This document shows, piece after piece, positions 25,193 to 38,929 of a DNA stretch of 64,000 nucleotides. Origin of the DNA: Lama glama (taxonomy: Eukaryota); assembly GCA_028534125.1 (NCBI GenBank), contig CM052816.1:85748001-85812000 (forward strand), in the 5' to 3' direction. Made by a program: the position numbers and the translations under genes. The notes below the pieces were generated by a model. That model was given only the letters and a program-made list of their open reading frames with translations, had not been told where the DNA came from and ran no database searches. Numbering within the stretch: the first letter of the stretch is position 1; every line of letters begins with the position of its first letter.

Positions 25193-28100
25193 TCAACAGA
25201 TATTTTCAAATGTGTGAAAGAATGAACCCATACACAATTATAATTTTACATCTAGAACTAATTTATGACTTTGAAAATAGTTTATGATTAGTTATTCTTC
25301 TTAGTTAATATAATATGAAACCTTGATTAAAGGATTTAGTTAAATTTGAGTTTTGTGGAACTATTAAGATTTAAAGTTCCTTGTAAGCCAAGTTTACTGG
25401 AAAACTTTATAATTTTAGAACCAAACTGTTAGCTAAAATGATTGACTCTGATCACTTTCTTTTTGAAAAATTGGTAATTTTGGAGAGATACTGTTGGAAA
25501 ATGGATTATATAATGTCTTGTCCTCTTGAATAAATTATGGACACAAAACGACTCACAAAACATAACTCAATAATTTATTCTTTTGATCAATGTTTTCATT
25601 ATGAATGTCAGTTTTGGTGATTCAGTGATGCCTACATGACTTGATAAAATCTATTTTTATCTATTGAAAGTGGCTTTAGAAACGTGTGCTTGAAAATTTA
25701 CATAGCTTTATACTTATAAAAAATTTTGGTTTTTTTATTCTCTGTTATTATCTGATAGTATTTTCCATGTTGGCCATGATATTGTACTAAAGCAGCATTT
25801 CAAGTTATTTCAGTTTTTGTTTCTAATCTGCTATCTTATTGAAAATTACACAAATTTGGTAAAATAATGAGATTAAACTTGAAGAGGCTGCATTCGTCCC
25901 ATGTTATGGCCAAAGTGGAATGCACAATTGCATTTATCATTAACGATAATTTTCCCTGCTACCTAAATGAAATCCAAAACATTTATGTATATTGAATTTT
26001 GGTATAATTTGTGATATATCCCTTGATCTTTGTATGTATTATATATATTTTTCATGTTAAAGACCATGAAAGGTAAGCAAGTAGATTCATAGTATATTTT
26101 ATGAAATGGTGAAAAATAACTTGTATAATAGTTGGTATTTTCATATAGTTTTTATATGTTCAAACACATATATTTACTTTTTTTTCTAAATGTTTGTATG
26201 CATTAGGTACATACAACCCCAGTTTTTTTTAACCTCAGTTTTGTGTAAGTTTTAAAGAAAAAAGAAAATTTATTTTATCACTTATTTTATGGAGAGGAGT
26301 GATGTTTTGTTATCATTATTAGTGTTATTGAAAATAATAAAAACCAGGATGATAACGCTGATTTTCTGTAGCTATTATTAAATCTGTTATAGAATTATAA
26401 TTTTTCCAGTGATTTTTTTTCTATTTTAGCAGGCCTTTATTTCATATTCCAGCTGCAATGTTAAAGGAAAGAATCATATATGCTTCTAACAAAGACTTTG
26501 AGTAATTGATCTCTTATGATGTGCTACCACTGGCAATAATTAACTAATTTTGCCCTCTAACTTTATCCAATTTTATTTATAATTTTAAATTATGTGAATA
26601 GCAAGAATCATATACTAAACTGTTTTATTTGTACCCAAGTGATAGGTGGTTCAAAATTGGCGACTGAATTTATTTTTGTTGTAGAAAGGAATATGAGAGC
26701 TTCATATTTCTACTTTCTCATCTGCTTGTAATAATACAGATTTTTAAAATAACTGTTAATACTAAAAGTTCAGGTGTCAGACTCATGTTTCTAACTCATG
26801 CCCTTTTTTTAAAAATCCTATTTCATTAATTTAAAAGAAAGTTGCACAGCAAGTTATAATACAGGATTGCTTTATTATGTAAATGACAGGATTTTAACTT
26901 TTTTTTCTGGAAAAATAGTCTATTAAGAGTACTTTTTAAAAATACGAATATTTGCATTAGGAAAGTAAGGGAAATTATCTATGTAACAGATTTTGCAAAA
27001 TTGTATGCTAGCAGGGAAAGATGCTAAAAATTCTCCTCACAAAATATCTGGTGTTATATTATGGGCTGGTGCCATATATTACAAAAATATAGGGAACTCA
27101 TAGTCATATCTATCATTTAGAGCATTAGTTGTGTGTATTGATGTCATAATTTCTCTGGGTATCATGGTTACAAAACTAGGCTGATTTTCCACCTAATTTA
27201 AAATAATATATTTTGACCAAATATTATATAAATTAAAACATTTTATACACTGCAATATTTTTGCAGTCCATTCTTTTATTACCATACCAACATGAACCCC
27301 TGAAAACCATTCAGAACATTATGAAAACAGGGGTGGGAAGCCTCAATTTATCAACTGAAGTTTAAACTAATACTGGAATTCTGTGAGATATTTCCCAGAT
27401 ATACTTGATTATTTAACCAAGGAGAACAGTTAAGTTGCCTCCATATTGAGTCAGTGGATCACAGTAATATTGATGGGTAGTATCTTTGATGAGTATGGAG
27501 AAAGTTGAGCTAGAATTAATATCAGTTTTCTCAAGGGCAGGAAAAGTAAAAGTAAGATATTCTGAGGTAAAATAGAGGAAAGTTACTAGTTGATATTGCT
27601 CTTTAGCTGGTAAATAAATGGATCATCAGAGAGGGCTTTTTAATCACATCCAAATGGTGGTGAATAAAGAGAAATAATATAAAACAAAACAAAGTTGATT
27701 CCAAATATTCACCACTAGTGGGCTGAATTTATATTAGCTGCCAGTGCCAATCTTTAAGATTGAGGCATCAGAGAATTGAACTTCCAAGTAAAACTATTAA
27801 TCCCCTTGTGAAATCACATTTTACTTATTAAAATAATAAGTAGTATTATTGTTTAAGGTGTTTTTCTCAACCATGTTTCTTTATCTGAACCTCAGAACAC
27901 AAAAATTACTTGAGCTATTTTCTTAATCCTCCTAAAGATGGTATATTATTACTACAGTTACCTAGGACATTTTAAGCTAATGCCCTGTATAATCAAAAGA
28001 TTAGAGAATTTTTTGAATTATCTATGAAATATAAAAATTTGTATGGACACAAAATTCTTACATTTACTAAGTTAAAGGAAGCTTGAAACGAAAGGTCTAA

Positions 28101-29939
28101 GTGTTCCAACTATTTCTGCTTTTAGGAAAACAAGTTGATTAAGATGTGTAAAAAAATTCGAAAATTTCTGCTTTCCCTTACAGTTTACATCATCTTGTTT
28201 TAATATTAATTACTATAATATTACCTGCTTTTTGTTGTAAAGATTAAAACAGAGTATGTCTTTATCTGAAGGTGAGGAGAATGATTCTAAAATTGTGTAC
28301 AAGCTAACTATGCAGAACTTGTAATCATCTGCATTGTGTGTTTTTAAAGGCAATGACACATAATTAAAATACGACATTATTACGATTACTTTTACAGAAA
28401 ATTACAAAAAAAGCTGATCACGATACTCTTTGATAGGTTATGTTTAACACAATATGTTTTATTCAAATTGTCATTCAAAGCTACTTTTATATTAGTGTTG
28501 CCTTCTTTAAAACAAACAAAAAAATTATTCACTTTCTCACTGAATTGCAATCAACATGCTATTTTGCTCCAGCTAAGTGCTACACAATGGTAACAAAGTT
28601 TTCATATACATAACCCTGCCCTTTCAGCTCAAAAGTTCTACTTTGTTCATGGCATTTATCTTCATACAATATATTTTCCAATCCTTGATTTTTATTTAAT
28701 CTTCTTTATGTAAAAGTACTATTTCAAATACTGTGGTTCATGAAAGGAGCTCTGATCATGCCAGTTTGCAAAACTCTCATTTGCCCATGAAATTCTTTTA
28801 TATGTTATGTCTTCATTATTATCCGAACTATTGATGCTTATTTAAATGTAATCTTTTTTGTCTTTATGGTATTTATTTCTTGTAAGTTTTTGTTTCCAAA
28901 CAAAATTGAGAATTTTTCCAATGTATCTTACATGCGTTGAGTATTTGGAACTTTCTCTTGAATCCAGGAGCATACCGTACACATCTGAACTCTTCATAAT
29001 TTTTGGTCAGTGGGCTATCTGTGTGGTGAGTGAGGGCATTGCTAAAATAATAGGACCTTGGTGATGATAATGGTAGTTATTTACTTTAGTTGTTTTGATA
29101 GCAAGTCAACTTACACTTTGTTGAATCTAACAAATTTTGTCACAATGGGTAATTCTCAATAGAGACTGGGATTAGGAATTTTGAAGAAGCGATTGATATT
29201 ATTCATCCCTATGATTTGGGCTGGAGGGTCTTAAGTTCTTTTTACTTCCATTTTCTATTATTTTCAGCTATACTTGGTTTATTACAATATATAAATTTAT
29301 AATTTTTATGTCCTCAATATCTCTATTTCTTCAAAATTTTAATATAAACTTCAATAAAACTAGAGTATATATTCTCATCAACATATCAGGTATTTTCCCT
29401 CACCTTGGGATTAATACATTTCATTATTGATGATATAATACACAGTCCACAGTTACATGTATCTTTAATTTTCCTTTAAACAAAGAACATATTGCAAGAG
29501 GATTTATGATTTCATTGTTCATGCTCAAGGCTTTTCTTCACAATTGACAGCTTACACACATCAAGGAATATTGAAATCCATTTTCACGATAACCCTTGTC
29601 TTTTGCAATAAGCCGTATCACCTTTAGCTTGTGCTGCAAAGATAAAAGTGATTGGCAGAAAAGACAACCATTTACCATTTATGCAAAGGACAAAGGCATA
29701 TTTTCAAAAATGTTAGGTATTACTAGAGAATAGTATTTGCTTGTAGAACTAAAGAATTCCGGAAGTCAAAGGTAATCTGTGTCTGGTTTAGCTCACTATT
29801 TTTATGGATAGGCCTCAAAACCAGAAATAAATATTTATGTAGAAAAAAATTATATACTCTATTTTAAATATGCCCATTGTTTGTAAAAATACAAATTAAA
29901 ATGGATTGAAAATACGCTACTTGTTGACCTCACAATATT

Positions 29940-30140
29940 GAATAGAGTCAGAAACATCTGATTTCATGTTTTATTGTTAGTTGTTTGATCTTGAGATAGT
30001 TACTTGCACATTTTATCGATGTTTCCATCTATAAAATAAGGATGATAATAGTAACAATTTTATAAAGGCAATGTATATATTCAATTAGTTTATTCCTGAA
30101 GATTATTTAAAGATTATTTAGTATTGGTTAGCACATATAT
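29940..30140 (+). mobile_element. MIR SINE
   Basis: gagtcagaaacatctg...gatcttgagatagttacttg...catctataaaataaggatgataatagtaac. Confidence 0.65.
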
Positions 30141-31594
30141 GGTGAAACAATGTCACCTTTCATAATAATAAATTATACTTTCTTAGAAAAAATAAAAGTT
30201 TATAGCAAATCCATGTCTAACCTACATTGTTATTGAGAAGACATGCTAATGGACATCCAAAACCCTACTTATGACCACAGGCCTTTGAAATCATCCACCT
30301 GAGTCATTCAGTTTTGATGTCCCATTAACCCCTCCTTAGGAATATTGTATTTCTAAATTTCTTATTTAAAGATGAAACATCATGATGTTTCAGAAACTCA
30401 ATCAGAAACTAAGTTGATATAATAGTAAAAAGACATTATCAATGTAAAGAAAGAAAGAAAAATACTGGCAAAGACTAACTGTCTATAATCTGGTTCTATG
30501 CCTTGCTCAGTTAAAACCAGGTACACTGTGAAGGCCATCCTCAAATAAGTAACCTTTATATTTTGCCTCATTTGCTGACAACCTTATACATCATAACGTT
30601 AGACTGCAGGAAAATACAATCATTTTTCAATATAATTCACATGCTGTAAGATGTGAACTTGCAATCTTACCGATGTAAGATGCATTGTTATTTTCTTTGC
30701 TTAAAATGTATTCCTGGTTATACAAACTCAAAGGGATTTATTATTTTTATAGGATATCATCAGTGAATATAATTATGTGGTTCAGATTTTGCAGTGCTTC
30801 AATTTATAGAAAAACTTTGTATTTAATCATAGTAATAAATTCAATAATTTTTAAAGTGTTATTTTCTCTTACTTTAGAATCTAAATACACCAGTACACCC
30901 TCAAAAGAGAGATAATATGTGATGTCACCCATGTCAAAGAAGCATTTTTAAATTCAACAGGTATTAACAGTCTTATGTAGCTTGAAGTAATTAACCTTTT
31001 CCAACATTTATTGTTTGGGATGGGCCACTAAGTAATCCTGTGTTTGTTACAAATTTCCCAAAATTATTTAATCAAAGCCCCTCTGCTCATTCCCTACCTC
31101 TACCTACCTTCCCATTTTTTTTAACAACTAAATGACATTCCATACAACACATTCTGCGGGTAGTAGTATTGATTATTAATCTAATTATGACAAAGACTAT
31201 TACTGTGTTCTTATTGAATTTCAGATAGTTTCTCCATAAATTTATAACAAAGAAAATTAAAGCAATGCTGTGTATTTCATATCCATAAATGACAGAGATT
31301 TACTTTTACAAAATCTTCTAGGAAAAAAAAGACAAAGTTCCATATTAAATATAGGAGATTTTTAAAAATAGTCTGGCATAAAGTAAATCATAATTCATAC
31401 AACTTTGTTAACAAAAAAGATTGAACTGTCAATAAATTTCAAAATATGTTAATCAAATTCTGTAAAATATGCTCCTGTATGATTGTATTTTTTGAATGGT
31501 TTCTTATTTAACATGTACTTCAGAATTATGTGTGGCTTATTAGAAATATCCATTCCTTTTACCCCACATTAAATTTATTAACTCAAAATAACTA

Positions 31595-31655
31595 AGGGTT
31601 GGGGCTCAGAAATTTGTGATTTAAACTATCTTCCCAGGTGATTTTTATGCACATA
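31595..31655. mobile_element. MER5-type hAT fragment
   Basis: gggttggggctcagaaatttgtgattttaaac..cccaggtgatttttatgcaca. Confidence 0.55.
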
Positions 31656-32578
31656 ATAGATTATTACTTCTCCTATAAAGATAAAATAACATGAAATTTA
31701 ATTGAAAACACATACTAAATTTATTTTTGTATATGTGTAATCTCATACTCTGAAATACTATCATATATACATTTACAGCTGGCAATATTTGAAAATGCAA
31801 TACTGTATCTTTGTGTTCAAATAAGGTTTCCATCAATTTTAATGATATAATAAACAAAAATATTTTAAGTGTCTAGGATATTTTCAATAATTATTTTAGA
31901 TGATTAAATATTCCAAACCCAGTGTCTCAGAAGAGAAAGCATTTTCAAAAATTTGAAACTCAAATTTTGAACTTGTATTTCTTCTCTGATTTTTGCACGT
32001 TTGTTTGTTTTGTGGGCAGAAAATCTGTTTAGAATTTAATGAGCTGAAAATGATCTATCAGTTTTATTCTAATAGCCATGAGTAAGAGATAAGTAAACAG
32101 AAACAAAATATACAATATTGGCTAGACTTTCAGTTTGGGGAAGGAAAGGGCAAGATACAAGATATAACTGGATATAATGGGATCTGTTCACCTATTTAGA
32201 TCTAAAATGGGAGAATAATTTAACTTCATTTTTATATGAATGTATGTTTTAAAATTTAACCTCATGAAACACTTTAGGAAATTAGTTGAGATATAAATAA
32301 AATTGTAGATATAGTTAATGTATGAAAAATGATAAAGTATCACATTTCTAGGGAATGATAGTTTGATGATATCTAGGCAAAGAGTATGAATCTTCTTAAA
32401 AATGTAAAGTGAACATTTAACAAAAGCCAAAAGCCATCTTTAATAATTATCAGACTGTCAGGCATATAAAATGAGATGCTGAGGATTTATTGACAAAGGA
32501 AGATTGGAGTCCAGTGACTTCAGAAGAAATTTACCTTTCAGAACTGAAGTGAGGCACATGGGAAAAATAGTATGGGGA

Positions 32579-32779
32579 GTCAGAAAGTTAAGAACAAAAT
32601 ACGAATCTACATCAAGTCTTTCAAAAAAGACAGTGAAACAGTATACTTTCTAACTCATGAGGCTGATACATCCTTGATACCAAAACTTGATAAAGACATT
32701 ATAGTTATTTTTATTATCACAAACCTAGATATAAATCTCCCTTTAAAATTTAGCAAATCAAATCCTCCAATATAGCAAA
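32579..32779 (+). repeat. 201-bp direct copy of 41097-41297 (old L1 ORF2 piece)
   Basis: Ungapped alignment with 14 mismatches by hand count. Confidence 0.95.
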
Positions 32780-33929
32780 TGATTTGCCTACTAATTACTC
32801 ACCCAAAAGTTTCTGGCATTAAATTGGAGGAAAAAAAGTATTTCTCAATGTACTTGCAATTAAAAAAAGTATGTCTGCATCTCAAGAAAGTAAAGGAAAA
32901 ATTTTCTTTTGAAAATGCAGGGAAAACATACAAGTAGAGAAATGATTGATTTGTTATTATTTATGTAAATTTTTGGATATATTCTTCCAGATTAAAATAT
33001 ACACTTAAAATCAAAATTAAACTAAATATATTCTAATATAAACTTTGAACCATTTAAATAATTTATTAATTTAACATTTAACTAATGGTATATAACTGAT
33101 TCTGAACATACTGGAATAGGTGAAAAAAACCCTCCAATTGTTAAGCTTTAAACACACAGACACACACACATACACACTGGACATCTTATGAAGTAGACTG
33201 AAATATTTTAAAGTCAAATATGTAATTTTACATATTTAATATAAGTCTACTTGGTTGTTTTTTCCCTTGGCATAGAGAGTAGTAAACATGTTAAATATCC
33301 TCTAAAATAAAAAATTATTAATGGGTAAAATAGTGATCATTTTTATTTTGCCTTCTCTACTTTGACATGTGTAAGTTAAAATTAATTTCTTTTCAGAAGA
33401 CTCTGTAAAGTAAGTTATAAAATCAAGCAACATAATTTTATTTTATCAATATCAAATTTATATAATGTCAAGAAACCTTATTATAAAAATGAGAAAATGC
33501 AATCATCAAATGACTAATTACAGGTAGGAATAGTCACTGCAAACATTAAAAGTATTAATTTTGTTTAATTATAACTGGAGGAAGAACAAAGTCTGTTAGA
33601 CATAATTACATGGTATTTTAAAGACAATAGAGAATAAATAAAATGCATTAATAAACACGTTTATTTTGTACGCTGTGAAGATTTAGTTCTCAATATTAAA
33701 TAAGGAAGACTACCTGCTAAAACCATCTGAGTTTCTGGCATTTTGTTGCATTCAAATTATCAATATATAACATTAAAAGTCATACACAATTATAGAATAA
33801 AATGTGATTTTATAGCAATAAATACCTTACCAATAAATATTAAAATGTATTTACTTGTATTCTTTTATGCCTCTGCTGAAATTTCATGGCAACTCAAAAA
33901 TTTAAATAGAGATGGATATAGAAAAATAT

Positions 33930-34280
33930 ATTTCACTTAAGCAAATATTTAATAACCCCAAGCATGTGTAAAATATTTTGCTGTATTCTAGGTAAAATGT
34001 GAAACACGCTGAAACTATTGCAGCAAGTTTGATGATATGTAGCAGTAGCACGATATGTGCAGATGCACACCACAACACCATTATAGAAGGAGAATAAAAA
34101 GTTCAATTTACATGGAAAAGTGAGATGAATTTAAGTGCTCAGGAAAGAAACAGTTAAATTTGAACTGAGGGGATCAAGGAATTAGGACATTGAGAAAGTT
34201 GCCATTTGTGTCATAAACACTGAATGGTATTTCTGCATATTAATATACATGGGAGCAATATGAGAAGGGAGAATATTTTT
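33930..34280 (-). mobile_element. L2 3' fragment
   Basis: ttcacttaagcaaatatttaataacc...ggggatcaaggaa; decayed. Confidence 0.5.
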
Positions 34281-34734
34281 AAAAACAATAGTTTCATCAT
34301 GTCACTAAGACTTTTCACTTGCTCCACATCATACCAGGTAATACTGTGTAAGCATGACATTCATGTGTTAATTATATTTCAATCAAATTTTTAATCTATG
34401 CCATTGCTCGCTTAAGTAACAAACTTGAAATTTTCTCTAATCTACCTTCTCACAGATCTGAATCCCTCAAGATAAAGCTTAAACCCACTTTCAAGCTCAA
34501 GCCATGATGTTCTATCCTTGAAAACTCTTTTGCCTTTATTATTTGCGTATAACATTTTTATATTTGAGATATTCTGCCTTTGTTGATAGTGTCTGGGTAC
34601 ATGTTATAAGACACACACACATACTCACACACACACACACACATATATGTATATGTAAGTTTTCCCTTTATATTCTAAGTATTGTGCAGTATGTATCCAG
34701 GTATAAAAGAGAAATAATAGTCACAGTTTTATAT

Positions 34735-35183
34735 TCCATTAATTGCCTAGAGCTGTTGTAATAAATGCCAACTGGGAGGCATAGAACAACAGGAATTTAT
34801 TCTCTTATAGTTCAGAAAACCAAAACTTTGAAACCAAGTTGTTGGCAGAGCCATTTTCTTCTAAAGGATCCAAGGAAGAGTTTTTTACCATTCTTCTCTC
34901 CTAGCTTCTAGTATTGGCCAGCAAACCTTGGCATTCCTTGGCCAATAGCTGTATCACTGCAATCTCTGCCTCTGTCTTCATAGGGCCTCTTCCCTGTGTG
35001 TGTCTGTATGTCCTCTGTTCTTCTTGCAAGACACCAGTCATTGGATTAGGAGCCCGCCTTAATCTGATATGTCATTATAGCAATTTAATTCATTATATCT
35101 TCAAAGACCTCATTTCAGATAAGGTCCCATTCTCAGGTTCTGTGTGAACTTGAATTTGGGTGGATGCTATTCAACTTACTGCA
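34735..35183 (-). mobile_element. MLT1B/C-type MaLR solo LTR
   Basis: aacaacaggaatttattctcttatagttc...ccttggcattccttgg...caatctctgcctctgtcttca...gacaccagtcattggattagg...attcaacttactgca. Confidence 0.88.
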
Positions 35184-38100
35184 AACATTCATTTAATCAG
35201 TGAGTATTTGATGTATATCTACCCTGGAACAACACTGAGCTCATATGTACTGTTTGAGTGATCTTTAATCCATTCACAAAATCAAAAGAAAAATGTAGCT
35301 TTCATTGATTTTTTTAAAGAACAATTTGCATTCCTTATGTTATTTATACAGTTCTTCTTATGTTGTTAACTTGCATCAATAATCAATACACTTTTATTGT
35401 CCCAGAATCAAAGGTTTTTATAATTGCTGTAATGATTTTTTTTTAATTTTTAGTGTTCCTATAAAAAGTTTGCATTAGTGATTGTTTCAATCTTCAAATT
35501 TAGATTGACAGATGTCTCCTTAATTTTATTGTAAAATTAATATAAGAAGTAAAGATATAAGCCTAAGTATAAAACATTTCAATATGAAAAGGAAAAATCT
35601 TTAAAAGTCTACTTGTACCTCTGTATTGTACATCTTTCAGTTTCAAGGCCTTTCTCCAACTACCACATGCGAATCAACATAGTACTTTCAAAAATGTATA
35701 AATATTGTGACTTTACCAAATGTAGAAGAAATAAGACCATAGTCACAAAAACAACTAGAATTGGAAAAGGCAAAATCATAAGATGTCCTTCCCAGACATT
35801 GAAACTTAAACCAAAGTTATGGCTTAGCAGGATTCATATAAAAATTATCACAGGCAAATCATACTTCTAGGACACTGTATGCAGCCAACATATCATTCAT
35901 ATAGAACATGTAGAAATAATTGATGAGAAGGTAATAATTATGAATTGAACAAATAAATGAGTTTATGTGTATTGCTGATCTCAGCTTGGAAGTCAACTGA
36001 GACATTTAATATTAAGAAGAATATTAAACAATAACCTTGCTTCTGTCCACTCTCACTTCGGTACTGTTATATGAAAGGGAGCTTTCCTAGCTAGGTTGGC
36101 ATTATGTCAACAACTCCAAGTGCATGCCCTTTTCCTGCTTTATAAAAAATATTACTTAATAACAGTCTCACCTAGTACTAGTAAAATGTTAACTGTTGTA
36201 GTTTCACCAATTGCCTTTATTATTTATTATTTATTTTTTCTCTAGAAACAAATTTAAACCAAATCAAATAGGTTAGAAAGAGTTAGGAAACATTCTAATA
36301 TCTTTAACAGCAGTACATTACAGGCTTTGAGAAAGGAAGAGTAACAGGCACTATTTTTTAATTAGAAAACTCATAGAATGTACTGTGGTATTCATCTGTG
36401 TGTCAGTCAGGATTATGCCAATTAATTTTTGCTAATAATATTTCTCATGGAGATTTGTGGGGGAGGGTAAAAGCGACAGTCAGATAGAAAAAGAAACAAA
36501 TAGGATAGATATTGAAGGAGGGAGGGATGAATGGAAGGTAGTGAAACCACACTATAAGGCCATTTCTTACAGCAGTATTACTCTAAATCATCACTTTCCT
36601 GTGGCCAATCAGTATCAAAACTATGCCTATTAATCAGATTTAACTGGTAGTTTAGCAGATTTTCAGTTATACATGACTTTGCCAATTAAAATCTCTTCCC
36701 TATTGACACATAGCACTATATTGCTAACTCTCTACAATACATAAAGACTGTATTTCCACTTTGAGATGACTTGAAGTTAATTTATTATGACATGAATGTT
36801 TACTTTTGTCTTTTCATTTTATGGCTTTATCTTCAATCTGTTGAACAAGTGAACATTCCACATTTTTCTGTACTCTTCTATTTATCACTGCCTTTGGCAC
36901 CCTGCTGTTTTGTTTGTTTTTTGCCAATTTATTCTCCTTTTATTTTTATCCTCCAGTCTCCTCTTGTGGCTTCTCTTACAGATTGGAAGATACCCCAAGG
37001 TCAATTTCTTGAATAAGAAATTTTGATACAATTTAGTGTGTAAATCAGGTAACAGTTTTAAATTAAACAATTGCACCCACCTCTAGGATCATTGCCATCA
37101 TCAGCATGTAAATGAGCATATCAGGAGTGCACACAATCACTATGTAGAAGGAAGTCCTAAAGATCAGATAATCAGCCAACACTGACCAATCTTCTAGACT
37201 CAGTATTATTAAATTAAACACGTGCTGATTTAATGGAAACTGAAAGTCAAAAGATAGTATAATTTGTAATAATTATAATGATTTTAACAGTAACAATGAT
37301 ATTTAGCAATAAAAAAACAAAGGTTTCAAAAAAACTGAGGAAGTTTACAAATCCATAAAATAGGCACTTAATAATATAATGCTGTGTCATTTACCTAAGT
37401 ACTTACTATCAATGAGGACATTTTCATTCTCAAACGAATCACTTTTTGTGTCCTTATTTTACATATTGGGGAAATTATGAGGTAGTTATGCAAATACAAG
37501 CTGTCTTATTCCAATGTCTACAAGCAATAGTTTAAAAATACACTGCTAATGGCTTATGAACATAATTTCAAATCAATTTTTGTAGTGACTAGTAAATTAG
37601 TCTAATTATAAAATGAGTGCCAGTAACATAAGTGCATATTAACATTAGGTCAATAGTGTGAGGACTAAAATTTAGATATAAAATTGGATCTGAACATTAA
37701 CACAGAGACATTTAAAATCTATTCTGGAAAATTGCTTGACACATTTTAGAAATATGTATTATATATACATAAATATATATATGAATATTTTTTAGATGCA
37801 TAGTTATATGTAGCATGAAATATAATTATATATATTATGTACATATATAATCGAGGTTAATATATTCTCTTGTATACTGTACAGCACATTGATTTATTCA
37901 TCCAACTTTTTTTAGCCACTCTTAAAAATAACAGAAACACTATCATTAGAATACTCATTCAAATAGGATTGAGATTGCTCTATATTTTTTACAAATTTAA
38001 AATTATTTTCAAATAATATATTTTTGTAGACTTTATATAATGTAAAATATAAATATATATTATAACATCATTGTTTCAGGGCCAAGTATAATATTTATTC

Positions 38101-38929
38101 AAGCTCCAATAATTCTGGATTTATATCATTTGAAAGTAAAACATTAACAAATCAACTATAATTTTTGAAATGTGGCATCTCTGTCTCTCTAATTAATTTA
38201 AATTCAGATATGTAGGATTACCCAGAAAGAAATGTAGACGTAAAAATGGATACTATCTCTTGCATCCTCTGATTTTAATATACTGTACTTTCCATAATAT
38301 CTTCCTAAAACATATTTCACTTGCCTAATGAATACTGCCTATCAGAGAAAAAATTATAGTACAGTGTTTTCAAATTTTAATGATGAATTAATGATGTATT
38401 TTCATGTATTAATCTATATTTTAATTGCTGTGTGTTGTCAACCAAGGCAACTAAATGGAAAATACTTCAAAAATAAATAGTTTAATAAAAACCTTTTTGC
38501 ATCAACATATTGGTACATGTTTTGAATAGTGCTGATTATAATAAGGCAGATGGCTGAAGCTATCACTTACCAAACATCTGGTAGGACTGAAGTAGAAATC
38601 AGTTATTCAGTTGGGCTTCTAAAAGTTTTATTTGTTTATTCTGGCATATAGTCATATTTTCTTTCCTATCTGAATTTGATAATTTTATCAAATGGAGGGA
38701 GGAATTAAATCAACCCTCCAAGTTCTGCTTTAAGCACCATTACTTTTGACAGTTTTCTACATGATTTTTTGAGAAATAAATGTGTAAGTTATTTGGGTAA
38801 TTAAATTATTTTAAATTTTATATGACATTATCATGCATTTCAAAATAAGTTTGTTTTGTATTTAGCAACAATAAAAATTCTAATAGCATATTTAATGTCT
38901 AACAAGTTAATGATAAATTATATAAACAA

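Noticed and set aside
25300..29900. Long AT-rich stretch without recognisable repeats
   Set aside because: No ORF, motif or structure I can support; conservation cannot be judged from the sequence alone.
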